In this document: in pieces, positions 28,699 through 37,760 of the stretch | Layout: every line of letters begins with the position of its first letter | Position numbering within the stretch: the stretch's first letter is position 1 | DNA from: an uncultured Clostridia bacterium | GTDB lineage: Bacteria; Acidobacteriota; Aminicenantia; UBA2199 | Direction: 5' to 3' | DNA: 64,000 bases | Assembly (NCBI GenBank): GCA_964457225.1 | Contig: CAYWEM010000012.1 | Location: forward strand, 15,434 to 79,433 | Notes under the pieces: generated by a model | The model's input: the letters and a program-made list of their open reading frames with translations, nothing else | Databases searched by the model: none | Told to the model about the DNA's origin: nothing | Program-made: the position numbers and the translations under genes

Positions 28699-30051
28699 TC
28701 AGCCGTTATAGCCGGACATGCCGCCGGCGACTATGCTCAAGTCAGCGAAGCCCCGCCCTTCCAGGATCGAAGCAGCCAACCCGGCCCTGAAACCGGAACT
28801 GCAGACCAGCAGCAGCGGTCTTTGCTGGTCCAGTTCGCCGTGGCGGTTGCGCAACTCAGGTACCGGCAGATTCAGGGCACCGGTCAGGTGGCCTGAGGCG
28901 AATTCAACTGGAGAACGTACGTCTACGACCAGGGTGCCGGCCCCGCTGACTTCCGAGGCCAGCCGGGCGGCCGGAACCGTTTTGAAAGACGAGCAGGGCA
29001 GGCCGCTCTCAGCCCAGTAGGTGATGCCTCCTTCCAGAAAGCCGCTGATGCGTTCCATGCCTACCCGGCGCGCCTGCAGCAGGGCCTTTTCCGCTGTTTG
29101 CCGGTCATCGGCCACCAGGATTATCTCCCGTCCGGGATCAAGCAGCCAACCGGCGAAGGTAGGAAAATTGCCGTTCAGGTCTATGTTCAGGGAACCAGGC
29201 AGGTGTAAAGCGGCAAAAGCGGGATAAGAACGGATGTCAAGCACCAGGTGTTTTTTATCGGCCCATGATTTCCTGAACTCCGGCAGGGGAATTTCACGCA
29301 AAGCCGGTAATTCTGAAAGCAGGACGGGGCCACGCCTGTTTATTTCACTACAGCGCGAAAAATGATCCGGAGCCGGCGGCATGTCATTGGTCAGGGAGTG
29401 AATGAATTCATCACGATCCCTTATCTGCAGAGCCGGGTTGAAAAGTCTTTCATAGCCGATGGTGCTCTGCCACTTGGCGCTCATGGCCCGCCCGCACAAC
29501 GAACCGGCCCCATGCGCCGGGTAAACCTCGCAGTAATCAGGCAAGGTCAGCAGTTTCCCATGCAGGCTGTCATAGAGATTGCCGGCCAGTTCGCGGGCCC
29601 GCCCGGGGAAGAGATCGGGGCGGCCTACATCCCCGACAAACAGGGTATCACCGGTAAAAACAGCAGCCGTCTCATCCGGTCGCCGGGCCTCGCTCAGCAG
29701 GTAACAGACGTGCTCCGGGGTATGACCCGGAGTTTCCAGCACCCGGAAGACCATGTTGTCGATTTCGATACGCTCCCCTTCCCGGAGCGACCGGTGAGCA
29801 AAGCCACCGGCCGCTGCGGCCGGCAGCAGGATTTCGGCTCCGCAGCGGGCCGCGAGATCGAGATGGCCGGAAACGAAATCGGCGTGGAGGTGGGTCTGCA
29901 GAACATGGGTTATCTTCACCCCCAGGACCTCGGCCGCGGCCAGGTAACAATCAACGTCACGCTGGGGATCTATCACCACGCCCCGGTCCGGACCGGCCAG
30001 CAGGTAGGAACTGTGCGCGATTTTTTCCAGAAAGAAATGCTTTATCCTCAT
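28699..30051 (-). CDS. Persulfide dioxygenase (metallo-beta-lactamase fold) fused to rhodanese domains, CstB-like
   Basis: 450 aa. MBL motif THLHADFVSGH...ETPGHTPEH. Internal rhodanese-like domain. C-terminal rhodanese with active-site loop CSSGFRAG. Confidence 0.75.
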   Translation of the reverse strand: MRIKHFFLEKIAHSSYLLAGPDRGVVIDPQRDVDCYLAAAEVLGVKITHVLQTHLHADFVSGHLDLAARCGAEILLPAAAAGGFAHRSLREGERIEIDNMVFRVLETPGHTPEHVCYLLSEARRPDETAAVFTGDTLFVGDVGRPDLFPGRARELAGNLYDSLHGKLLTLPDYCEVYPAHGAGSLCGRAMSAKWQSTIGYERLFNPALQIRDRDEFIHSLTNDMPPAPDHFSRCSEINRRGPVLLSELPALREIPLPEFRKSWADKKHLVLDIRSYPAFAALHLPGSLNIDLNGNFPTFAGWLLDPGREIILVADDRQTAEKALLQARRVGMERISGFLEGGITYWAESGLPCSSFKTVPAARLASEVSGAGTLVVDVRSPVEFASGHLTGALNLPVPELRNRHGELDQQRPLLLVCSSGFRAGLAASILEGRGFADLSIVAGGMSGYNG

Positions 30052-30076
30052 GAAAACTCCTTCAAATCAGTATTGC

Positions 30077-30985
30077 TCATTTTTCCTCCCCTGGCAAGCT
30101 TTCCCGGAGGCGGGCGATATCCAGCCTTATCCTCTCGGCCAATTCACGTTCCCCGGGGAAAACCATTTCTGAGCGCAGGCGGGCCAGAAAATGAATCCTG
30201 ATTCTCTGACCGTACAGATCTCCGTGAAAATCGAGCAGGTGGGTTTCCAGGCGCAGATCCCCGCCGGAAAAGGTCGGTCTCCGCCCGGCGTAACTGACGC
30301 CCCGGCAAGTTCTTCCGGACCACTCCACCCTGGTATGGAAGACTCCGGGAGGGATGATGTCGTTGTCCGGCAGCAGGTTGACGGTTGGGATTCCGAGGTC
30401 ACGGCCCCGGCCGTCGCCTCTGACGACCAGGCCGTCGATGAAGTAAGGCCTGCCCAGTAATTCGGCCGCCTCCCCGACCAGGCCGGCCGCCAGTTTTTTG
30501 CGGATCAGGGAGCTTGAAACCCTGCCGGGACCAAAGCAGAAAGGTCCAAGCGGCCTGAGCTGAAAGCATCCCGCGGCGGCCATTTCCACCAGCAAGTGCT
30601 GATCCGCAGTCCGGCCGCTGCCGAAACGAAAATCATCACCTATAACCAGGGTACCCGTTCCAAGTTTTTCCAGAAGTACCTGCTCTACGAACAAGCGGGC
30701 CGGCATGGCTACGTAATCGGCAAAAGGCAGTATGAAAATATGATCCAGGTCAAGTGCCGCCAGCAATTCCCTTTTCTGGTCCGGAGTGTTGATGCGCCCC
30801 ATTTCATGACCGAAGTACTCCCGGGGATGCGGTTCAAAGGTCAGGAGGACCGACTTTTTTCCGTCACGGGCCTCAGCGCGCAGCTCGCGGCAAATCCTGG
30901 CATGACCGAGATGAAATCCGTCAAAATTTCCGATGGTTACGGCATTTTTTCCAGGCAATACCGTTAATTCCTGATGCCATAACAT
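30077..30985 (-). CDS. ribF: Bifunctional riboflavin kinase / FMN adenylyltransferase
   Basis: 302 aa. GNFDGFHLGH (FAD synthetase HxGH), PTVNL and riboflavin kinase C-terminal domain. Confidence 0.88.
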   Translation of the reverse strand: MLWHQELTVLPGKNAVTIGNFDGFHLGHARICRELRAEARDGKKSVLLTFEPHPREYFGHEMGRINTPDQKRELLAALDLDHIFILPFADYVAMPARLFVEQVLLEKLGTGTLVIGDDFRFGSGRTADQHLLVEMAAAGCFQLRPLGPFCFGPGRVSSSLIRKKLAAGLVGEAAELLGRPYFIDGLVVRGDGRGRDLGIPTVNLLPDNDIIPPGVFHTRVEWSGRTCRGVSYAGRRPTFSGGDLRLETHLLDFHGDLYGQRIRIHFLARLRSEMVFPGERELAERIRLDIARLRESLPGEEK

Positions 30986-31000
30986 GGGTGAAAAGCCTGT

Positions 31001-31966
31001 TCAGGGTTTTTCGACCGGGAGGAATTCCAGCAAGGCGTCCTTGTCGAAAAACTTAACCTGGTTGAAAGGTTTCAGCGGAGTCAAAAAAGACAGGAGCAGG
31101 GCCAACAGGAAAACCAAGCTCAGGATAAGCTGGCTTAACTTGATGCGGCTGGTGTTGGTCTCGAGGACCAGCGACAGTTCAAGGGCCTGGTTTATTTCAT
31201 CGTGGCTGGCCCTGGTCTTTTTCTTGATCAGCCCCTTGTTACAAAGGTTGAACAGGCTTTTAAAAATTTTATACTCGGTAAACTCACCTTTTTCAACCAG
31301 GTCGCGTACCGAGTTGGCGCCGTCGATGTGCTTCAGCAGGTTGAGCTCCACCTCGGATATGACAATGGTGTTTTCATCGGCCGGCTCATCATCGTCCAAT
31401 TCCCTGGAAATCTCGATTTTTTTGTTTTGAATCGATATCGGCTCAAAAACGACTTCGGCATTGGGGATGATCCTCTTGATGAGCGGCCACTCGTCAAGCA
31501 TCTGCACCCCTTCCATGATCAGGTTGTCAACCGCGAGAGGCGCCAGGGTTCGCATATCCTGACTGATTTTCTCCACCTTGAAACTGTATTGGCCCTTTTT
31601 CCAGGTAAACAGGGTCATCAGTATCTGCACGGCCTGGGTTTTCAAGGCCTCGGAAATGAGGTTTTCATTGACCAGGCCCATGCCCATCAGGATTTCTCCG
31701 ACTTTCTGGCCGGTCCTCTTCTGGATGCTCAGGGCCCTCTGCAACAACTCCTCGCTGATCAACTCCTGCTTGACCAGCACATGGCCCACCCTGCTTTCAA
31801 GTTTTTTGGGAAAAGTTTCCACCCCGACTATGGCACCGTCGACAAATATTATCGAAACAAAACCATCCTGGCTGTTGAAAGTCAGAATCCCGGTCTTGCT
31901 CTGCAATGAGATCAGCTGGAGAATGTCCGGAACCTTGAATTCCTTGAGCGTACCCTTAAAAGCCAT
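31001..31966 (-). CDS. DUF4388 (PATAN-like) domain protein with C-terminal transmembrane anchor
   Basis: 321 aa. N-terminal KGTLKEFKVPDILQLISLQSKTGILTF matches the DUF4388 signature. Hydrophobic segment LSQLILSLVFLLALLLSFL near the C-terminus. Confidence 0.6.
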   Translation of the reverse strand: MAFKGTLKEFKVPDILQLISLQSKTGILTFNSQDGFVSIIFVDGAIVGVETFPKKLESRVGHVLVKQELISEELLQRALSIQKRTGQKVGEILMGMGLVNENLISEALKTQAVQILMTLFTWKKGQYSFKVEKISQDMRTLAPLAVDNLIMEGVQMLDEWPLIKRIIPNAEVVFEPISIQNKKIEISRELDDDEPADENTIVISEVELNLLKHIDGANSVRDLVEKGEFTEYKIFKSLFNLCNKGLIKKKTRASHDEINQALELSLVLETNTSRIKLSQLILSLVFLLALLLSFLTPLKPFNQVKFFDKDALLEFLPVEKP

Positions 31967-33710
31967 TTCCCACCTCGCGAATCGAGAAGAGGTTACCCAG
32001 CAGGTAGAAGAACACGGTTAAAACCATCATAGGCCCCAGGAAAACCGGGGTTATTCCGAAAATTGAAAAGAAAGCCCGGCTGGTGAAAAAGGTGAAAACC
32101 AGGAAAAAGACAAAGGGCAGGGAAAGTAAAGCGAAAACCGTGCTCCGGCCGGTAAGGTTGAAATAATAACCGGGAATAAGCAGGGATATGAGCAGGGCCT
32201 TGCTGGCGGCGATGGTTTTTTTCCTGCTGATTTCCTTTTCCTTGATTTGCTTGGCATCAAGAAAAACGACATCGCTCAGCAAAAACAGCTGGTAACACTC
32301 CTCGCAGAAAAAATTGGACTGCTTCAATGAAGTCAGGTGTATGATTTTGGCGCACTTGTTGCAGAAAGTGCTGCGGCCGTGAAAAATCAGAAACTTCGGC
32401 ACCAGCAGGGTGTAGAGAATGAAAAAAACCAGGTACAGGGGCAGTTGGGTGGCTAAGAATTCCCGGGAACAGCGCCCCATTGTCAACAGCAGGTTGAACC
32501 GCGGCTGGGAGTAGTTGAGAAGTCTTTTCTTCAGAATTCTCTGCCCCGGAACCGTTTCCTTGATGCCGGTTGCCTGGCGGCGCAGTTCGTGTATCCCGGG
32601 ATATTTGTCCCCCGTTTCCATGAAGAGTGCGGCATCTCCATGGCGCAGCAGGGCCACGGTCAGGTTGTGCAGAGCTTTTTCGCTGTTTTTGTCATGACCC
32701 AGGGCTTCCTGGTAAAAACGCACGGCCTCAAGGTGATTCCCCAGGTTGAAGGCGATATTTCCCAGCAGAAAAGACTTTTCGAAATTCGGACGGGACTGGT
32801 CCAGGCTCAACAGGGCTCCCGCCTCTTCCAGCTCCCCGCGGGCATAAAACGAGTAAGCCAGCAGTGATTGCAATTCGGCATCCAGTTGGCCCCAGTTTCC
32901 GCGGGCCAGGGTTTGCCCGGAAAAAACCTTTTTAACCGTTTGAAAAGCCGGACTCCCGGCTTCCTTTTCCCAGGATCTGACCAAGCCCAGGAAAAGCGCG
33001 GCCAGCATCAGGCAGGAAAAAATCCCATAAGTCAGGACTTTTTCCCTGCCTGCCAGGTAATGCCAGAGCAGGCCTATAACGATGAAAGGAAATACGGCCC
33101 AACCCGACAAAATCAGCATGGGCCAGGCAAAGAGCAGGGCCAGGATGGCCAGTCTTCCCGGAGGCAGGACTTCGTCCTCGTTTTTTATAAAATCATGCCC
33201 GGCCAGCCGGTAATACTTGCTGAACAGAAAGAATCCCCAGATGAAAAGCAGCAGGAGGAAAGAAAAGAAAACGGACTCGGCAAAGATCACCAGCAGGAGA
33301 AAAGAAGCCGAGAAATCTTCCAGTACGTCCTTGAATTGCCTGATACCGTTTCTCAGTCCCAAGTTGATCAGGGACTCGGTTTTTTTCATTTTTTCCACGG
33401 CATTCCAGGCAGTCCAGTTTGCCGTTGAAATCTGCATGGCTTTATCCAGGAAAAGCCGGGCCAGGGCATTGTCTCCCTGTTCCTGGTATAGAAGCCCCAG
33501 TTCCATGATTCGCGCGGCAAACCTTTCCCGCTGCCGGCGCCCGTTCAGTTTTTCCATATCAATGGCGGCCAGTTGGGCCCGGACTTCTTCGGGCTGCTGC
33601 AGAGACTGGAAATAGTATATTTTTTTCAACTGCGCCCAGGGCTCGGCTCCGAGAGACAAAAAGGCCAGGCTCAGGATCAGGAAAACCAGCATCCTTTTCA
33701 GCATTTTCAC
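31956..33710 (-). CDS. Polytopic membrane protein with N-terminal TPR repeats and an internal CxxC...CxxC zinc-ribbon
   Basis: 584 aa. Signal/TM start, TPR-like repeats (ELGLLYQEQGDNALARLFLDKAMQ...), at least 8 TM helices, CNKCAKII...CEECYQ. Confidence 0.55.
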   Translation of the reverse strand: MKMLKRMLVFLILSLAFLSLGAEPWAQLKKIYYFQSLQQPEEVRAQLAAIDMEKLNGRRQRERFAARIMELGLLYQEQGDNALARLFLDKAMQISTANWTAWNAVEKMKKTESLINLGLRNGIRQFKDVLEDFSASFLLLVIFAESVFFSFLLLLFIWGFFLFSKYYRLAGHDFIKNEDEVLPPGRLAILALLFAWPMLILSGWAVFPFIVIGLLWHYLAGREKVLTYGIFSCLMLAALFLGLVRSWEKEAGSPAFQTVKKVFSGQTLARGNWGQLDAELQSLLAYSFYARGELEEAGALLSLDQSRPNFEKSFLLGNIAFNLGNHLEAVRFYQEALGHDKNSEKALHNLTVALLRHGDAALFMETGDKYPGIHELRRQATGIKETVPGQRILKKRLLNYSQPRFNLLLTMGRCSREFLATQLPLYLVFFILYTLLVPKFLIFHGRSTFCNKCAKIIHLTSLKQSNFFCEECYQLFLLSDVVFLDAKQIKEKEISRKKTIAASKALLISLLIPGYYFNLTGRSTVFALLSLPFVFFLVFTFFTSRAFFSIFGITPVFLGPMMVLTVFFYLLGNLFSIREVGNGF

Positions 33711-33964
33711 TCACCCCTTTTTTTTGCGAGCAGGCGCAGGTTGCTCAGCACTTCAGCCAGGAAAGCTTGCTCAGGCCCGCTGAGGTTGCCTTTCGTCTTG
33801 TTTTGCAGTATCTCCAGCAAGCCGATGAAGAATTCAACCCGGCGCGGGTCGCTTCTTTTTTCTCCGGCCAGGGGATCGGCTATTTCTCCCAGGTGAATCA
33901 TGGCCTGGGTGGCCAGCAATACTACGATCGCTTTAAAATCCTTTTCCAGGCTGGTGGATTCCAT
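33707..33964 (-). CDS. DUF1844-family small protein (85 aa)
   Basis: LLATQAMIHLGE core resembles DUF1844 (recall). AAGGA RBS. Promoter TTGTCC-17-TATATA at 33972-34000 places the TSS near the ATG. Confidence 0.5.
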   Translation of the reverse strand: MESTSLEKDFKAIVVLLATQAMIHLGEIADPLAGEKRSDPRRVEFFIGLLEILQNKTKGNLSGPEQAFLAEVLSNLRLLAKKRGE

Positions 33965-34048
33965 TTTTCCTTATATACCATATATCAATGCCCCGGACAA
34001 CCGGCTCCATCTCTCGAGAAACGGCCGTTACCGGAGTAGCTGTTTGCC

Positions 34049-35278
34049 TTATTCCGAGGGAAACTTTTTCAGCAGGGATTCCACGGCACTGCGGTGCACC
34101 ATGAAATCCATCCATTTCAGTTTGACGTAGTCCTCCCGGATAAAACGATAGCCGGGATTTTTCCCGGCAAATGCCCCTGAACCGGAATCCTTGATGACAA
34201 ACCAGGTATCTCCGTCAAGTTCGCTCCAGCCTACGATGTGAATTCCGTGGTCATCCGTGGTGGTGCGGTTAGAAAAACGGAACTGCCGGGCATGATCGTC
34301 TATATGGCTGCGGGGGATGTCAAAACCGGGTACTACGCCCACTTCCAGTTCGGCGCTGTAACCGGGTTCGGAAGTATCTCCGCCGATACTGACCGTGTAG
34401 CCTGACTTGATTACGTCCTTGAGTACGGCCATGAAATCTTCCAGGGGCAGGTTATAATAACTCCGGTCATGCCACCAGTTGTCGGGGACCTGGTACTCAA
34501 CCTGCCGCCAGAAGGGTTGCTGGAGGTAGGAGATGATGTCCACGTATTCTTCAGGGTTCAGTTTCAGTACATCCCGGCTGAAATTCAGAGGCGGGTATTT
34601 TTTTCCTTTCCAGGTCACAGCCTGGGGCGGAGTTCCCAGGTAATGGTCCATGATCGCCCGCACCGTGGCCAGCGCCTGTTCCAGGTTCCAGTTGCCGGAT
34701 TTCTTGATGCCGTCCAGAAAATCCTTTATTTCACGGTCCAGGGCGCGATGATCGTGAAAAGGCTGGGCTTCGGGTTTCCCCGGATAAGCCGACCAGGGTA
34801 CCACCCCGTATTTTTTTATCACCCTGGTTACGGCGTTGGCTTCCGATCCCGGGGCAATGTAAGACTCTCCGCGTGTGTTGATGAAACGGGTCGCTTTTTC
34901 CAGGTATTCGTGGTAGACCACGAACATCTGCGAAAGTTTTACTTGCAGGCCATACCTGCGATTCAGGTCTGATTCCAGCATGGACAGGGTGGAGAAAGCC
35001 CAGCAGGTGCTGGTCAATCCCTGGGATTCCGGGGGATTGTGCCACTGCAGACGATATGTCTCCAGGTCGGTGGGATAATTGCGCCCACTGAAATCCATGA
35101 CCAGGCTTTCTCTTTTTTCTTCGGCTTTAAGTGACCGGTAGTAGGCATCGAGATCAGCGTGAATTTTTTCATAAAAAGGGTTTTTTCGCTGTGTGAAAGT
35201 ACTCTGGTCTTTTTCCTGCTGGGCGCCAAGCATGAACGAAATCAAAACCACAAGCAGTAAGGTCAAGGTATTTTTCAT
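34049..35278 (-). CDS. Secreted papain-family (C1) cysteine peptidase (aminopeptidase C / bleomycin-hydrolase-like)
   Basis: 409 aa. Signal peptide. Catalytic Cys motif QGLTSTCWAFS, His/Asn region HIVGW. Confidence 0.7.
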   Translation of the reverse strand: MKNTLTLLLVVLISFMLGAQQEKDQSTFTQRKNPFYEKIHADLDAYYRSLKAEEKRESLVMDFSGRNYPTDLETYRLQWHNPPESQGLTSTCWAFSTLSMLESDLNRRYGLQVKLSQMFVVYHEYLEKATRFINTRGESYIAPGSEANAVTRVIKKYGVVPWSAYPGKPEAQPFHDHRALDREIKDFLDGIKKSGNWNLEQALATVRAIMDHYLGTPPQAVTWKGKKYPPLNFSRDVLKLNPEEYVDIISYLQQPFWRQVEYQVPDNWWHDRSYYNLPLEDFMAVLKDVIKSGYTVSIGGDTSEPGYSAELEVGVVPGFDIPRSHIDDHARQFRFSNRTTTDDHGIHIVGWSELDGDTWFVIKDSGSGAFAGKNPGYRFIREDYVKLKWMDFMVHRSAVESLLKKFPSE

Positions 35279-35341
35279 GAGAACCTCCTCGTTCTTTATC
35301 TGTTCCCCATAAAGGGTGTTAAGCGCTTCACCCGGAAGATT

Positions 35342-36109
35342 TCAATGCAGCAGAACCGCTTCCCGGTCCAGGTAACGGGGCAACTCGGCTGACAGGTCTG
35401 ACATCAGCATCTTGGTGTTCATGACCGACTGCAGGGGCAGGCGGCACAGTTGCCGGACTTCCTCCAGAGCCTGCTCCAGGAAGTTTTCAGGCTCGAGCAC
35501 CCGGTTCAGCAGTCCCAGTTCCAATGCTTCCCCGGCTGAGATTGATCTCCCGGTCAACAGGATTTCCGCCGCCCGGCCCGGTCCCAGGTAACGGGGGAGA
35601 AAAAACGGCAAGGCGCCGCCGGGATGCAGCAGAAAATGCGAATGCCCTGGAAAGAAAACCATTTCACTGCTGGCGATACGAAAATCAGTGGCCAGGCTGG
35701 CTCCGAAAAACGGGGTGACCACTTCTCCCGGAAGCAGGGCCACTGATATCTTGCGAAAGGCCAGCAGGTGAACTATGAAGCGGTTCAGCAGGTTGGCGTA
35801 ACGCAGCCTCTCGTTTTTCAGATGGATTTCTTCCCGGTGCTGATCGGGCTGATCGTCAGCCGGTCGAACCTGGCGGACGAATTGATCGAATTTTTCCCGG
35901 CAGAAACAATCCGGGCTGCTGTTCATGACCAGGGCGTTGATTTGGGGATCGATTTCCGCGGCCCGCATCAGGGCCAGCAGGCGGCCGCTTTCAGCCAGGC
36001 TGGTGATGGCGCTGTACACATCGCATTTAATGGTGATCAGGGCCAGGGAGCCTTGCTGACTGGCGGCAATCATTTCATCTTCATAGGGGAAGGAAAGAGT
36101 TTGATCCAT
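35342..36109 (-). CDS. Enoyl-CoA hydratase/isomerase (crotonase) family protein
   Basis: 255 aa. Crotonase fold with oxyanion-hole region VALLPGEVVTPFFGASLATD. Confidence 0.65.
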   Translation of the reverse strand: MDQTLSFPYEDEMIAASQQGSLALITIKCDVYSAITSLAESGRLLALMRAAEIDPQINALVMNSSPDCFCREKFDQFVRQVRPADDQPDQHREEIHLKNERLRYANLLNRFIVHLLAFRKISVALLPGEVVTPFFGASLATDFRIASSEMVFFPGHSHFLLHPGGALPFFLPRYLGPGRAAEILLTGRSISAGEALELGLLNRVLEPENFLEQALEEVRQLCRLPLQSVMNTKMLMSDLSAELPRYLDREAVLLH

Positions 36110-36181
36110 TTGCTCCTCCTGGCGGGTATTTTCAGCCTTTATATCCTTGAAAAATTCATTTAGACCATAGCGGCATTTTTG

Positions 36182-36625
36182 TCAATCCCGGTGGACAATG
36201 AAATAAGCTTCCAGGCCGGGATCATCCGGCGAACTGCCCTTCTGGTAAATATACCCGGAAAAGCGGCCGAAATTGTCCAGGTCAGCCTGCCAGAGAAAAG
36301 TGCCCCGGTACTCGATTCCATCCTGCTCGAAGTAGATTCTCAGCACCCGGGCCTCTCCACCCAGGACCGGCTCCAGCCCCGCATAACCGCTTACCGTAAC
36401 TCCGTTAACCGTCCGGGTAAAATCGAGTCTACGGCTTTTTTCGTTGTAAGTAAAACTGGCCCGGCCCAGGTAGGTCTCCTGGCTGTTTATTTTTTTCCCG
36501 ATCAGCGTGTAATCCCCGGTGAGAAAACCCATGATCATGCCGTCCCGGCCGCGGTCTTCCGCTGACAAAGGCAACAAGAAGACCGCCAGGATAAGGACTG
36601 AAACTGCTGGTTTCATCAGCCTCAT
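36182..36625 (-). CDS. Secreted hypothetical protein (147 aa)
   Basis: Signal peptide MKPAVSVLILAVFLLPLSA. No recognisable family. Confidence 0.5.
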   Translation of the reverse strand: MRLMKPAVSVLILAVFLLPLSAEDRGRDGMIMGFLTGDYTLIGKKINSQETYLGRASFTYNEKSRRLDFTRTVNGVTVSGYAGLEPVLGGEARVLRIYFEQDGIEYRGTFLWQADLDNFGRFSGYIYQKGSSPDDPGLEAYFIVHRD

Positions 36626-36901
36626 GGTTCACCCCCGTTGCGCCGCGCTGAAACTTAATTATGTAACAGCCGAGTTGAAAAGACAAGCTCCTGGACATGC
36701 GGACAGTTCTTGCATTCTTGACTTTATCTGCCGTCAGGGGAACCCTCAAGCGGACCCGAACGATGGAAAGCTTCCTCATGGTTTTTCTTGGTAATCTCAA
36801 AGCATTCGTTCAGCCAATCAAATACAAGAATGCAGGATCCCTCCCCTTATCGTTTGTCTCGGAGATTTGAACCAGCCGTGGTAAAACGCTATAATCAATT
36901 T

Positions 36902-37141
36902 ATGAAAAGTATCGACAACAACTGCAATGAGGAAAAGTCTCCGGCCGAGTCCGGTGCCAGACCAGTACGCCGATGCCGAATCGTAAACCTGGCGCATAGT
37001 TTCCAGGAAGCCCGCGAATGGGAGATACAACAGGAACTTTCGATGACCCCGGCCCAGAGACAGCAGGCAGCCAAAGAACTGAAAGAAAGATTTTACGGAA
37101 AAAACGCCCCCGATGTCCGCCAGGCAGAGCGGAGCCGATGA
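36902..37141 (+). CDS. Small hypothetical protein (79 aa), leaderless; candidate partner of the downstream nucleotidyltransferase
   Basis: Promoter TTGAAC-17-TATAAT at 36867-36895 puts the TSS at or next to the ATG at 36902. Stop overlaps the next ATG (ATGA). The ORF-track upstream extension (36788) lacks promoter support. Confidence 0.45.
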   Translation: MKSIDNNCNEEKSPAESGARPVRRCRIVNLAHSFQEAREWEIQQELSMTPAQRQQAAKELKERFYGKNAPDVRQAERSR

Positions 37142-37617
37142 CACCCGCCCCGTTTTCCAGGGATATCCGCGAGTTTCTCATGGAACTATTCCATCAGGGC
37201 GTCCGCTACCTGATCGTCGGCGGCGAAGCGGTCATATATTACGGCCATGCCCGGCTCACCGGCGACATTGACATCTACTACGATAAATCCCTGGAGAACT
37301 CCGGCAGGCTTTATGCTGCCCTCACTGCTTTCTGGCATGGCATCGTTCCCGGAATTTGTTCTTATAAAGATCTTCAGGCCGACAACCTGATAATCCAATT
37401 CGGATTTCCTCCCCATCGCATCGACTTGTTGAGCGACATCAGCGCCGTTGACTTCACCCAAGCCTGGGAAAACCGGATAACGGAAAAAATTAAAGTGAAA
37501 GGAACCGAATTTCCTGTTTATTACATTGGGCTGAACCAGTTAATCCAAAACAAGCAGGCCGTTCAACGTCCACGAGACATTGAGGACCTGGAGTTTCTCA
37601 CCAGAATAAAACCCTGA
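37138..37617 (+). CDS. Putative nucleotidyltransferase-fold protein (MNT/AbiEii-like minimal NTase)
   Basis: 159 aa from MTPAPFSRD. VRYLIVGGEAVIYYGHARLTGDIDIYY resembles the hG[GS]...D.D NTase signature seen in toxin-antitoxin NTases (recall only). Confidence 0.45.
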   Translation: MTPAPFSRDIREFLMELFHQGVRYLIVGGEAVIYYGHARLTGDIDIYYDKSLENSGRLYAALTAFWHGIVPGICSYKDLQADNLIIQFGFPPHRIDLLSDISAVDFTQAWENRITEKIKVKGTEFPVYYIGLNQLIQNKQAVQRPRDIEDLEFLTRIKP

Positions 37618-37760
37618 CCGTAGTGATGCTTTTTTTTTATTGGCAAGCTAGAATCGACCAAAAACCGCACCAAGCGCATGCTTCCTCGCCAGGGGGCTTC
37701 CCATCACCTTGATTTGGCCCAACCGGTCAAAGGATTAACTCTTCAGCTCTTTTTTTCGGG

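Noticed and set aside
36788-36901. Upstream extension of the small ORF (MVISKHSFSQSNTRMQDPSPYRL...)
   Set aside because: A consensus promoter (TTGAAC-17-TATAAT) sits inside this extension and positions the TSS at the ATG at 36902. The extension is therefore upstream of the transcript.
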